From NCBI GenBank assembly GCA_040217195.1, contig JAVJNR010000001.1, positions 32,001-96,000 of the forward strand: a stretch of DNA of 64,000 nucleotides. The letters run 5' to 3'. Below are positions 21,083 to 30,316 of this stretch, in pieces. Positions within the stretch are counted from its first letter, which is position 1, and the number at the start of each line of letters is the position of its first letter. The notes under the pieces were generated by a model, which saw only the letters and a list, made by a program, of their open reading frames with translations, made no database searches and had not been told where the DNA came from. Source of the DNA: Leptospiraceae bacterium (GTDB lineage: Bacteria > Spirochaetota > Leptospiria > Leptospirales > Leptonemataceae). A program made the translations under genes and the position numbers.

Positions 21083-22068
21083 AGCTCCGGAAATTTCTTT
21101 AGCTGATGTTGTAGACTGCCTCTGGATATTCCCAGCAGTCTGGCAGTCTGGCGTTGATTTCCGCCAGTTACATTGAGTGCTGCTTGCAGCAGTTCCTTTT
21201 CTTCTTTTTGTAGTTCATCCCTCAGTTCCTCCACTTTTCGGCGTCGGTATTCCAGGTCATTGGTCCTTACCTGCTCGGGCAGCTGATCTACTGCTATGGT
21301 TTTGGTCGGACTGAGCAGGGCGCAGCGAAAGATTAGATTCTCAAGTTCTCGAACATTTCCTGGCCAGCTATACTGCATGAGTAGTTGCCTGGCATCTTCG
21401 GCGAATGTAAGTCCCGGTCGATCGAACTGTTCAGTGGCCAGCCAGAGATAGTGCTGGATTAACAATGGGATATCCGCCTTTCGCTCACGAAGGGGAGGCA
21501 ATCTCAGCGAAAAGGTCTGAATCCTGTAGAACAGATCGCTTCGAAAGGATCCTCTATCTACTTCTGTGGCCAATTGCTGGTTTGTTGCGAAGATAAATCT
21601 TACATCGGCTTTCACTGTATCAGAAGAGCCCACCTTTTCGAACTCTCCTTCCTGTACCAGCCGCAAGAGCTTCACCTGCTGCATCAAAGGCAGATCACCG
21701 ATTTCATCCAGAAAAAGAGTGCCTCCGGAGGCGCGTTGCACGTAACCTTCCGTGTCGGCATCGGCACCTGTGTAGGCTCCCTGCACATGTCCGAACAATT
21801 CATTCTCTACCAGTTCGGCGGGTATGGCCGAGCAGTTCAAGGCCACAATCGGTCCGGCCCGGCTGCTCAATCCATGAATAATTCTTGCAACTCTTTCCTT
21901 ACCTGTGCCCGTTTCTCCTTCAATCAGTACAGGATGGTTATGTTCTGCAAATCGCTCGGCCAGCTCCAGGATCTCTGCCATGGCTCCGCCGGCCTCAAAG
22001 ACAAAAGTGACGCTCGGATCTACCTTATGGGAAGAATGGGATGGGATGGCTCTGGGATAAAGAGACAT
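21061..22068 (-). CDS. Sigma54-dependent enhancer-binding protein with no N-terminal sensor domain
   Basis: GETGTGKE, ENELFG..GAYTGA, LFLDEIG, WPGNVRELEN, GGNQRQTARLLGISR HTH. Confidence 0.92.
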   Translation of the reverse strand: MSLYPRAIPSHSSHKVDPSVTFVFEAGGAMAEILELAERFAEHNHPVLIEGETGTGKERVARIIHGLSSRAGPIVALNCSAIPAELVENELFGHVQGAYTGADADTEGYVQRASGGTLFLDEIGDLPLMQQVKLLRLVQEGEFEKVGSSDTVKADVRFIFATNQQLATEVDRGSFRSDLFYRIQTFSLRLPPLRERKADIPLLIQHYLWLATEQFDRPGLTFAEDARQLLMQYSWPGNVRELENLIFRCALLSPTKTIAVDQLPEQVRTNDLEYRRRKVEELRDELQKEEKELLQAALNVTGGNQRQTARLLGISRGSLQHQLKKFPELWKQYST

Positions 22069-22225
22069 GACTTATCCTAAAGAGGAGGCACCGTCGAATA
22101 AGTCAAGTGGTGCATGCAAGCATTAGACTCCAGCCAGAGGGAGGATCGTAAATGCGACTCAGGCTACAGTGGCTGAATGAAAATGCGCAGACCAAAATGC
22201 AGGATGAATACATCGCAGGAGCGCC

Positions 22226-22501
22226 TCACCGGGAATAGGTTATATCAAAACCACTATATTGCTGGGGAGTTACTTCCTGCTGGTCCAGACGGTCCACCCT
22301 TGCCAGAGCCGGTCCTTTATGTAGTTCAGCGAGAAATCTCTGGAGAGCAGATGGATCTCCCTGAACCCTGCATTCCACAGAACCATCCGACCGATTTTTC
22401 ACCCAGCCCCGCAGGGCCAGTCTGCGAGCTCTGGAGGCAGTGAATTGCCTGAATCCCACTCCCTGAACTCTTCCGATTACCTGGATATGCAATTCCTTCA
22501 T
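22226..22501 (-). CDS. acyP: Acylphosphatase
   Basis: Start re-called to MKELHI; GRVQGVGFR and GWVKN..DGSVE motifs. Confidence 0.93.
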   Translation of the reverse strand: MKELHIQVIGRVQGVGFRQFTASRARRLALRGWVKNRSDGSVECRVQGDPSALQRFLAELHKGPALARVDRLDQQEVTPQQYSGFDITYSR

Positions 22502-22628
22502 TCTAACCCAGGGTACAGGGGCCCCCGGAACTGATGCAAGTAGGATCTGGGGTCGCTGAACGGGAGCAGGTGCTGTGCCGATACCTGCAAATGGATTGCC
22601 CCTGGCAAAGCAGCCTCCAAAAAGGCCT

Positions 22629-23384
22629 ATGGCCGTCATACTGGATAAATCCACTCTATCACGCAGCCTTTCGGTGAATCTGGACCATATGGCCACCCTT
22701 CGACAGGTGCGCAAAACCAGTTATCCTTCGCTTACCACCGCTGCCGGAATCTGTGAAGTTGCCGGTGCCGATGGGGTGACCCTTCATTTAAGAGAGGATC
22801 GACGGCATATTCAGGATCGAGATCTTGAAATCCTAAGAGAAACCTCATTGCTTCCTATAACCCTGGAGATGGGTTCTACAGATGAAATGGTATCTATCGC
22901 ACTGCGAACTCATCCACATGCAGTTACCCTGGTGCCCGAGCGACGGCAGGAATTAACCACTGAGGGCGGTCTGGATGCCATTGGTCTGGAAAAGCAATTA
23001 TCCGCTGTGGTAGGCAAACTAAAGGAAAAGGGAATTGTAGTGTGCCTTTTTCTGGAGCCAGATGTGGACCAGATTCAAAAAGCGTATGACCTGGGCTGCG
23101 ATTCTGTGGAATTACATACAGGGGCCTATGCTCTGGATTGGGAGCAGTCCCGTACTCAGGCCATCGAGAAGCATCTGAGTAGAATTCAATCTTCCGTGGA
23201 GCGTGGATGTGAACTGGGGCTTCAGATGAATGCAGGCCATGGATTGCATTATCAAAATATACGACCTCTGTCCGCTCTGCCAGGTCTTACGGAATTTTCC
23301 ATAGGTCATTCGATCATATGTAGATCTCTATTTGTGGGTCTGGAAAAAGCCGTACGGGAAATGGCAGATCTGATTCGTTCCTGA
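22629..23384 (+). CDS. pdxJ: Pyridoxine 5'-phosphate synthase
   Basis: LSVNLDHMATLRQ, HLREDRRHIQ, LVPERRQELTTEGG, ELHTG, NAGHGL, SIGH. Confidence 0.96.
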   Translation: MAVILDKSTLSRSLSVNLDHMATLRQVRKTSYPSLTTAAGICEVAGADGVTLHLREDRRHIQDRDLEILRETSLLPITLEMGSTDEMVSIALRTHPHAVTLVPERRQELTTEGGLDAIGLEKQLSAVVGKLKEKGIVVCLFLEPDVDQIQKAYDLGCDSVELHTGAYALDWEQSRTQAIEKHLSRIQSSVERGCELGLQMNAGHGLHYQNIRPLSALPGLTEFSIGHSIICRSLFVGLEKAVREMADLIRS

Positions 23385-23437
23385 TGCCAGATACAATCTG
23401 AATCCGGTTCTAACATTATTTCTGGAATGCGAAACAA

Positions 23438-25261
23438 TTGGATATTCTGAATATACTGATAGATCGAGTTGAGAACGTAAATGTTTTCAATTTAATCCAG
23501 GGCCGAACCCCTGGCCGTGATACGCATTTGCATACAAGCGTGGATCAAGATTTGATTCAGGAATTTCTGGAAGAACTGGAAAGAATTGCTCATCTTTCGA
23601 ATCAGCTGGAAGGTGGATTAACCTTTGAATTGAATCTATCCCGGCGTCTGCGAAATGCAGGCCAGACATTCTTCGATCAGTTCTTTCCGGATCCCATTCA
23701 GGAAAAGTTGCGAAACAGCGAAGGCGGATTCCTCTTTTTTCATGTAGACCAGACCCTTGCCAGTCTGCCCTGGGAACTTCTATACGAAGGCACCTGCTTT
23801 CTTGCAGATAAGTTCTCCATAGGAAAAAATATTGCAGGGTTCTGGGCTGAATCGCAACGGGCGGAAAGAGATCGTCTGCGCGTTTTGATCATCGCAGATC
23901 CTACCGATGATCTGGACTGGGCCCGCCAGGAAGGGGAGGGATTACTGGAATCGTTGAATGCAGATGTTAGCTCGGATCGCATTGATGTTGAATTGTTAAC
24001 CGGTCCCAGACTGGGAAAGATGGAGCTTCTAGAGGCCATTCGAGACAGAGATATAATTCATTATGCCGGGCATCTGCACTATGATCCCCGTCAAAAAGAA
24101 AGTGGATGGCTGCTACCCGAAGGAAAGATCCTGAGAGCCCGGGAAATTGAAAAGATGGGCTCTCTTCCGGGGCTGGTATTCTCCAATAGCTGTATGAGTA
24201 TGCCAGATCATTTACGCAGACAGGAGGTGTCTGGCGACGATGATTCTGGAAATGAGGGCAGGCGATTCAATCATCTGGCTGGAGCATTCTTGCGAGCCGG
24301 AATTGCCAGCTATATTGGCACCTCCTGGGAGATTCGGGATTCGGATCATACCTTTCAATTTGCTCTGCAATTCTATCGCTCATTATTTGAAGAAAGATCC
24401 GTGGGCGAAGCGATATTCGATGCCAGAAAACATGCAAGACAGCAGTTCCCGGAAAATGATTTAACCTGGGCTGCATACAATCTACATGGAAATCCATTAA
24501 CCAGAATCTTTCGCTCCGGGAATCGACGGACCTTCGACGCCTCCCGTAACATACTTACATCAAGAAGAATTATTCAGCAATATCCATATCCAATCAGCAG
24601 GCTCTATAAGAGTTTTCTGGATGCCCAGGATCGAGGTGAGACGGACAGCGCCTTGATGCTGGAGAAGCTTTCCAGATGCTTTTTTCACACTCTTGGAATT
24701 TGTGGCTCCATCTTATTTTGCAATCTGGAAAGTTTGAAGATTCGCTTACCAGGTTTGAATAATGCTCTGGATTTCCAGGCCTGGACCCATGAAATATTTG
24801 AGGGCCTAAATAAGGTTCATTCCCTGGGAGTGGAGTTAACGGCGCCGGGGCTTGTGGAATCTTTCTTTCTTCACCGGGACAATATTGAAAAGCTTCTGAA
24901 ATGGAGTTCTTCTCTATCCGAAGAGGGAGAACATCCGGATGCTTACATGGTTACCTTTCAATACCTTTTTGACAACCTGCTTACAGATTTATCCTTTCTG
25001 GGAAGGCATAGAATGGTTTATCTGAAAGATGGAGCCGGCGATGCTCTGGAACTGAGAGGTCAGAATCTCACTGAAATGAGAATCCTTCCCAGTCAGATGG
25101 AAAATGTTCAATTATCAAGGTCCATCATGAAGTCTGCCGGGCAGCTCTGCTTTTTCAATACTTCCAGAAGATCGCTACTTTCGCTTTCACCTTACATGCG
25201 ATTCGAACCTTCGGAAAAGGAGCTGCAGTATCCTTTGCTGGGCTGGAGCGATGAAACCTGA
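23438..25261 (+). CDS. CHAT-domain (caspase-like) protein
   Basis: LPWELL, LIIADP..DL..A..E, IIHYAGH (His), VFSNSC (Cys), LAGAFL.AG...IGTSW, WAAY.L.G. Confidence 0.85.
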   Translation: MDILNILIDRVENVNVFNLIQGRTPGRDTHLHTSVDQDLIQEFLEELERIAHLSNQLEGGLTFELNLSRRLRNAGQTFFDQFFPDPIQEKLRNSEGGFLFFHVDQTLASLPWELLYEGTCFLADKFSIGKNIAGFWAESQRAERDRLRVLIIADPTDDLDWARQEGEGLLESLNADVSSDRIDVELLTGPRLGKMELLEAIRDRDIIHYAGHLHYDPRQKESGWLLPEGKILRAREIEKMGSLPGLVFSNSCMSMPDHLRRQEVSGDDDSGNEGRRFNHLAGAFLRAGIASYIGTSWEIRDSDHTFQFALQFYRSLFEERSVGEAIFDARKHARQQFPENDLTWAAYNLHGNPLTRIFRSGNRRTFDASRNILTSRRIIQQYPYPISRLYKSFLDAQDRGETDSALMLEKLSRCFFHTLGICGSILFCNLESLKIRLPGLNNALDFQAWTHEIFEGLNKVHSLGVELTAPGLVESFFLHRDNIEKLLKWSSSLSEEGEHPDAYMVTFQYLFDNLLTDLSFLGRHRMVYLKDGAGDALELRGQNLTEMRILPSQMENVQLSRSIMKSAGQLCFFNTSRRSLLSLSPYMRFEPSEKELQYPLLGWSDET

Positions 25262-25427
25262 GACTCCGGGATTGATGGGCGGTGCAGAATACTTCAGACC
25301 AGAGTGGCGAAGTCTATTGCAGTTGAGCCAACCCGGTCTAAGAAGTATACCTGAGAGTAATTCAGAATCTATTAAGGGCTGATCTCTTCTGGATGGTAGA
25401 GCAACCCATATGAAAGTTCCGTAAAGA

Positions 25428-26147
25428 ATGAATGCCTGTCAGAAAAAGAATGTGTCCTGCTTTGCCTGCTGTGGTGTGGCTAATCTGAATTTATCCGAAG
25501 GGCAAAGGCAAAGAATTCTGGAAGAGAGAACCCGGGAATTCCATACTCTGGAAATGGATTTTCAGCGATTTCCAGAATATAGAGCCCAACGAGAAAAGAA
25601 AGAAAGCTCCATTCAGAGGCATAATCCGGAAACCTATGTTTGTCCCTTCCTGGGCTATATTGAGCCCAATAGACCTGGGTGCATGATTCATCCGGCTCGC
25701 ACCGGGCATCCAACCTCGCAAAACTATTCCTTCTACGGGGCCTCGATTTGTCTGTCCTATGATTGCTCTGCCAAGGATGCAGAAGAAAAATCCGGCAACA
25801 CCGCTTACTCGGATTTTCTGGAGAGGGTGCAACCAGAGAATTACCATCGCTTGATATGTGACAGTGCTCTTTTTAGTTTGCTTGAAACCATACCGGATTT
25901 CCCGGATTCGGTATGCAGAGCCCCGGAAAGGAACTCTGCTCTGGAAAGACTCATTGAATTGCGATTGAATCATCCTGACTCAGAAAGGATTACATCCTTT
26001 GAAAGGCTGATGGTCAGAGCCAGCGACTCCCAGGCTACCATGGAAGAGCTGTTTTTGCCTGAGAATCACCGGGAGGCCCGCCAATGTTTGAATAGTCTGA
26101 AAGTGCTATTTACAGATCGGGTGGATGGAAGTAGTCTGGATCGTTAG
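25428..26147 (+). CDS. Cys-rich hypothetical protein (YkgJ/CxxCC-like)
   Basis: CFACCG, CPFLG, GCMIHP, CLSYDC. Confidence 0.6.
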   Translation: MNACQKKNVSCFACCGVANLNLSEGQRQRILEERTREFHTLEMDFQRFPEYRAQREKKESSIQRHNPETYVCPFLGYIEPNRPGCMIHPARTGHPTSQNYSFYGASICLSYDCSAKDAEEKSGNTAYSDFLERVQPENYHRLICDSALFSLLETIPDFPDSVCRAPERNSALERLIELRLNHPDSERITSFERLMVRASDSQATMEELFLPENHREARQCLNSLKVLFTDRVDGSSLDR

Positions 26148-26233
26148 GACGGTTCGTTCTGATTGGTCGTCATCTTTGGAAAGAGTGAAAATTTGATAGA
26201 GTCAGAGCAATCACAAAGAAATTACAAGATACT

Positions 26234-26854
26234 ATGATATTACCCTGCCATCCAGACAATCCAGAAAAACGTACCATACAGCGAATTGTGGACGGACTTC
26301 AGCGAGAGGAGATATTCATTGTTCCTACAGATACAGTGTATGCATTTATTTGCAGCATGGATTCTCCGCGAAGCATCGCCGAGCTGTATCGGTTAAAGGA
26401 TATTCCGGAAACCCAGCCTCTGAGTTTGCTCTGCAAGGATGTGGCCATGGCATCCCATTACGCCAGAAGCATTCCAAACTATGCATTCAGATTCATTAAA
26501 GCTCATACCCCGGGTCCATACACATTTATTCTAAGCGCGAACCGGGAGATGGATCGCAGGGGAACTGGCAAGCGCAAGGAAGTGGGTATTCGGATTGTAG
26601 ACCATCCTCTTCATAGAGAGATCATGGAAAGAATTGATACACCTCTTGTAAGTACATCCATCATCCGACCGGAGGAATTCTCCACAGACGCAGAATACCT
26701 GGATGAGCAGTTCGGACATCGAATTTCTGCCGTGGTCGAGGGCGGAAGCAGGCATCATAATCTGTCTACCATACTGGACTGTACCGGCAAATCATTCGTT
26801 TTAATGCGGGAAGGGGTAGGAAGTATTGAAGAGCTGGATCTGAATGAGCAATAG
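26234..26854 (+). CDS. Sua5/YrdC/YciO family (threonylcarbamoyl-AMP synthase-like)
   Basis: PTDTVYA, PGPYTFIL, VGIRI, PLVSTS, STILD. Confidence 0.88.
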   Translation: MILPCHPDNPEKRTIQRIVDGLQREEIFIVPTDTVYAFICSMDSPRSIAELYRLKDIPETQPLSLLCKDVAMASHYARSIPNYAFRFIKAHTPGPYTFILSANREMDRRGTGKRKEVGIRIVDHPLHREIMERIDTPLVSTSIIRPEEFSTDAEYLDEQFGHRISAVVEGGSRHHNLSTILDCTGKSFVLMREGVGSIEELDLNEQ

Positions 26855-26976
26855 TTAAGCCACAGAACTGGAACTTAGATTCCAGGAAAACCTAAGTATT
26901 GCAAAATCAAGGTCCAATCATAGATCAACGAAGAGATCAGAATTCATTCAAAGGAAAAAAGGAGAAATAAAGGGCA

Positions 26977-27753
26977 ATGGCAGGTCATTCCAAATGGGCA
27001 AATATTCGTCATAAAAAAGAAGGCGCGGATAAGCGAAGAGGGATCATGTTTACCAAGCTCTCTCGAGAGCTTATGGTATCGGCCAGATTGGGCGGTTCAG
27101 ATCCGGAAATGAATCCCAGGCTACGAATTGCTATATCCAAAGCCCGGTCCGCCAACATGCCCAATGACAACATTGATCGGGCTATTAAAAAAGGGGCAGG
27201 CGAACTGGAAGGTCAGACCTTCGAAGAGGTTGTATATGAAATCTATGCTCCTGGCGGCGTAGGTTTGATTGTAGAAGCGCTCACCGATAAAAAATCCAGA
27301 ACGACTCCAGAAGTAAAAAGTATGGTAAACAAGCATGGTGCAAACCTGGCGGAGGCCAATGCAGTGAGCCGTTTATTCGAAAGCAGAGGGCAGATCATAA
27401 TCGCAAAAGAGCAAGAAGATGGAGTTACTCTGGAAGAAGACCAGGTGATGGAAGTTGCTCTGGAAGCGGGTGCCGAAGATATGAAATCGGATGACGATAG
27501 CTTTGAGATTCTGACCACTCCCAATAATTATGCGCAGGTTGCAGAAGCCATTAGTAATGCAGGCTGGCAAACCAGTGAATCTGGAATACGTTATCTTCCC
27601 ATGGAAGGAACTGAAATTCAGGTGGATGCAGAGAAAGCTCGTAACATCTTCGACTTTCTGGAGAAGCTGGAAGAGCATGACGATGTTCAATCCGTGTATC
27701 ACAATATGCATCTTTCCGATGAGCTATACGCAGAAATGGAGCAGATGGCTTGA
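26977..27753 (+). CDS. yebC: YebC/PmpR family protein
   Basis: MAGHSKWANIRHKK, NPRLR, YEIYAPGG, LEEHDDVQSVYHN. Confidence 0.96.
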   Translation: MAGHSKWANIRHKKEGADKRRGIMFTKLSRELMVSARLGGSDPEMNPRLRIAISKARSANMPNDNIDRAIKKGAGELEGQTFEEVVYEIYAPGGVGLIVEALTDKKSRTTPEVKSMVNKHGANLAEANAVSRLFESRGQIIIAKEQEDGVTLEEDQVMEVALEAGAEDMKSDDDSFEILTTPNNYAQVAEAISNAGWQTSESGIRYLPMEGTEIQVDAEKARNIFDFLEKLEEHDDVQSVYHNMHLSDELYAEMEQMA

Positions 27754-28565
27754 AAATTCTGGGGCTGGACCCCGGGTTTGGGATCACCGGCTGGGGCTTC
27801 GTATCCTTTCGCGGTTCTTCCCTGAATCAGCCCACGCTACATAGCTATGGAGCTCTTACCACTCCGACAGGGCAGCCTTTATCCCTTCGCCTGGCCCATC
27901 TTCAAAATCAGTTTGTTGAACTACTGGATCGATTGAATCCAGATCGAGTGGCCATGGAGCGCCTCTTCTTTGGTAGAAACATTACCACAGCCGAAGGAGT
28001 TTATCAGGCCAGAGGAGTCCTTCTGGCTGCCATGGGACAGAAAAGCATCGTGCCCATTGAACTTACTCCCAATCAGATCAAACAATCCATAACTGGATCT
28101 GGAAAGGCTCGAAAGCCTGAAATGATGCGAATGGTTCAAATGCTTCTAAACATCGATGAACCAATTCGTCCCGACGATGCGGCGGATGCTCTGGGATGCG
28201 CCATCGCTGCAAGTGCAATCTCCAATCTGGAGTATCAACAGCTTCAGCATCCTCCGCAAGAGGTGCCGTTGACCGGTGCCGAACTGGCGAAAGAGTCTAT
28301 GACCGATCCTGTGGCCTGGCCTGGACCATCGATTCCTATAGAGGATTCGGCCCGGCCCCGAAGGCGAACTTCTTCCATGGAAAACCTGATCTCCGACTCC
28401 GATCAATTTGCAGCTATGCTTCAGGCAGGCAGCGAAATTCGATTTGCCACCTCGGAAAAAAAAGGCAATAAAAAAGGCTCAACTTCGGCTTCTAAGAAGA
28501 AGCAAGCTATAAAATCCAATTTAAGTGCTCGATCTAAAAAGGGCCATGGCAAGGGACGTTCATGA
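27750..28565 (+). CDS. ruvC: Holliday junction resolvase RuvC with C-terminal extension
   Basis: ILGLDPG, AMERLFF, IKQSITGSGKA.K, DDAADAL. Confidence 0.93.
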   Translation: MKILGLDPGFGITGWGFVSFRGSSLNQPTLHSYGALTTPTGQPLSLRLAHLQNQFVELLDRLNPDRVAMERLFFGRNITTAEGVYQARGVLLAAMGQKSIVPIELTPNQIKQSITGSGKARKPEMMRMVQMLLNIDEPIRPDDAADALGCAIAASAISNLEYQQLQHPPQEVPLTGAELAKESMTDPVAWPGPSIPIEDSARPRRRTSSMENLISDSDQFAAMLQAGSEIRFATSEKKGNKKGSTSASKKKQAIKSNLSARSKKGHGKGRS

Positions 28566-29248
28566 TTTCAGGGATTCGCGGTGTTGTGAGTAGAAAGGCA
28601 GGCACTCGACTGTTTATAGATACTGGAGCCGTGGAATATGAAATGATCGTTCCTCTCAATGTTCTGGATGCAGTGGAACGCAGATTGTATCAGGAACCTG
28701 AGGCTCAGCTGTTTTTTCATGTTCATCAGCAAATCCTGCCTGAAGAGCACAGGCTTTATGGATTTCTGGATCCGCAGCAAAGGGAATTATTTCGCACGAT
28801 TCAGGACATTAAAGGCTTTGGCAGCTCACTTGCTTTAAGTATACTCAGCCATCTGGATACCCGGGGACTTCTGGGTATTTGCGAAAGCGGAGATACAAAG
28901 GGCCTGACTCATATCCCTCGAATCGGTAAATCTACAGCTGAAGCTTTAATTTTCGAAGTTAATCGTAAGAAGAAGCGATTTCTGAAGCTCCTGGAGCTGG
29001 AAGAGGGAGCTGCACGGGCCGGTCTCTCTGAAGCCGGAGAACTGGTGGCCGAGCCAGAGGATGAGACCTCTGAACTGGTAAAACAGGCTTTGCTGCAACT
29101 TGGATACAAAGAAGCCCAGGTACTGAAAGTGCTACAGAAGCTGGAAAAGGAACGCCTGGCCGCAGAAATATCAGGTAGCGATGATAATCAACTGGATGCT
29201 GAGTCATCCACCGCTGACTGGATTCGCAAAGCTTTGCAATTGATGTAG
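28562..29248 (+). CDS. ruvA: Holliday junction branch migration protein RuvA
   Basis: LYGF, IKGFG...AL.IL, IPRIGKSTA HhH motifs, ALLQLGY, IRKAL. Confidence 0.9.
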   Translation: MISGIRGVVSRKAGTRLFIDTGAVEYEMIVPLNVLDAVERRLYQEPEAQLFFHVHQQILPEEHRLYGFLDPQQRELFRTIQDIKGFGSSLALSILSHLDTRGLLGICESGDTKGLTHIPRIGKSTAEALIFEVNRKKKRFLKLLELEEGAARAGLSEAGELVAEPEDETSELVKQALLQLGYKEAQVLKVLQKLEKERLAAEISGSDDNQLDAESSTADWIRKALQLM

Positions 29249-29440
29249 TCCACGCAGCGTTAATTTTCCAGGCGCCGTGCGCCCCGTTACATCAGCAAAA
29301 CAAATCCGAATCTTAGAACGATGCGGCAATATTCTAGCAGATCCGGCCAGGGCGAGCTTTCTGGCGCGTACCTCTCTTCATTTTGTTCTCCGGAATGAGG
29401 CCGGCTGTACCGATTCCGCCAATCCATCGGTAACTAACTA

Positions 29441-30094
29441 TTAAAAACAAACCGTGTAATCCAGCGCCGGTGGATTGGTTCCACTATCGCCGGTGGATAT
29501 TCCTATGAAGTCGGCCGAGCCATCGGCATTGGATGTGGCCCGAATTCGGTACTGACTTCTGGTCCTGCCTGCAAGCAGATCAGCCTGCAGGAAAGGACTG
29601 ACATCGAAAGTCTTGAAGGATGCATTTGTCACATTGGTGATTTCATGAAACCCCTGGGTCAGAGCCGATGTTCCGAAGTCGGATGTGTCCAGGGTACCAA
29701 AATCTAGATGATCTACAAAGAATGGAGTGATGTTGGACGGAGTGCCATTGGAGCTACCCTGGTAAATGGATACAGTGGCCGAGCTCATTAGTCCGCCCTG
29801 AAGAGCACTTATATCAAAGCTCAAGAATAGCTGGATTACGGTTGCATCTGCCAGGTCACCGATATTTACGATTCCACCGGATGTGGAAGCGGTGAGTGGA
29901 GATTCTGTTACAGTTCCATCTTCAGCCGCCAGGCTTATCAGCTGCCCTGAACTCTGCGAACATCCTCCGATGAGAATTACTGGCAGGATGGCAGGAATGC
30001 AATTTGGATCTTCACTTCTGCATTCCAATTCTGCGACTGTGCATTGAATACAGATGAATATCAGAAAGATTGATGATAGTCCAGTAGTCTTCAT
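29441..30094 (-). CDS. Lipoprotein with DNRLRE-like beta-sandwich domain
   Basis: Lipobox-like CIQC; FLSFDIS, SATVSIY, FDVS, STGDSGTNPPAL. Confidence 0.55.
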   Translation of the reverse strand: MKTTGLSSIFLIFICIQCTVAELECRSEDPNCIPAILPVILIGGCSQSSGQLISLAAEDGTVTESPLTASTSGGIVNIGDLADATVIQLFLSFDISALQGGLMSSATVSIYQGSSNGTPSNITPFFVDHLDFGTLDTSDFGTSALTQGFHEITNVTNASFKTFDVSPFLQADLLAGRTRSQYRIRATSNADGSADFIGISTGDSGTNPPALDYTVCF

Positions 30095-30316
30095 AATCCG
30101 TGAATCAAGAAGAAATCAGGACCAGTTATAGATTCCCGCTCCAGGATGCCACCGGGATTTAGCAGAAGAACGGATATTTATAAGAAACAGTGCGTAAAGC
30201 GGTCTGTTTCCATTTCCATATAGTAATTTGGTCTGACCGATAGTATGATGTGTCGGGCTTTTTGCCCTTTAGGATTCGCGCAACTGCATGTAGACCGGGA
30301 CCTGAAGCGCTGGATT

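Noticed and set aside
22069..22225. Sigma54 -24/-12 promoter near the tandem activators
   Set aside because: I found no correctly spaced GG-N10-GC consensus in a useful orientation
22502..22714. Extended N-termini of acyP and pdxJ in the ORF track
   Set aside because: They overlap each other head to head; conserved domains begin at 22501 (minus) and about 22629 (plus)
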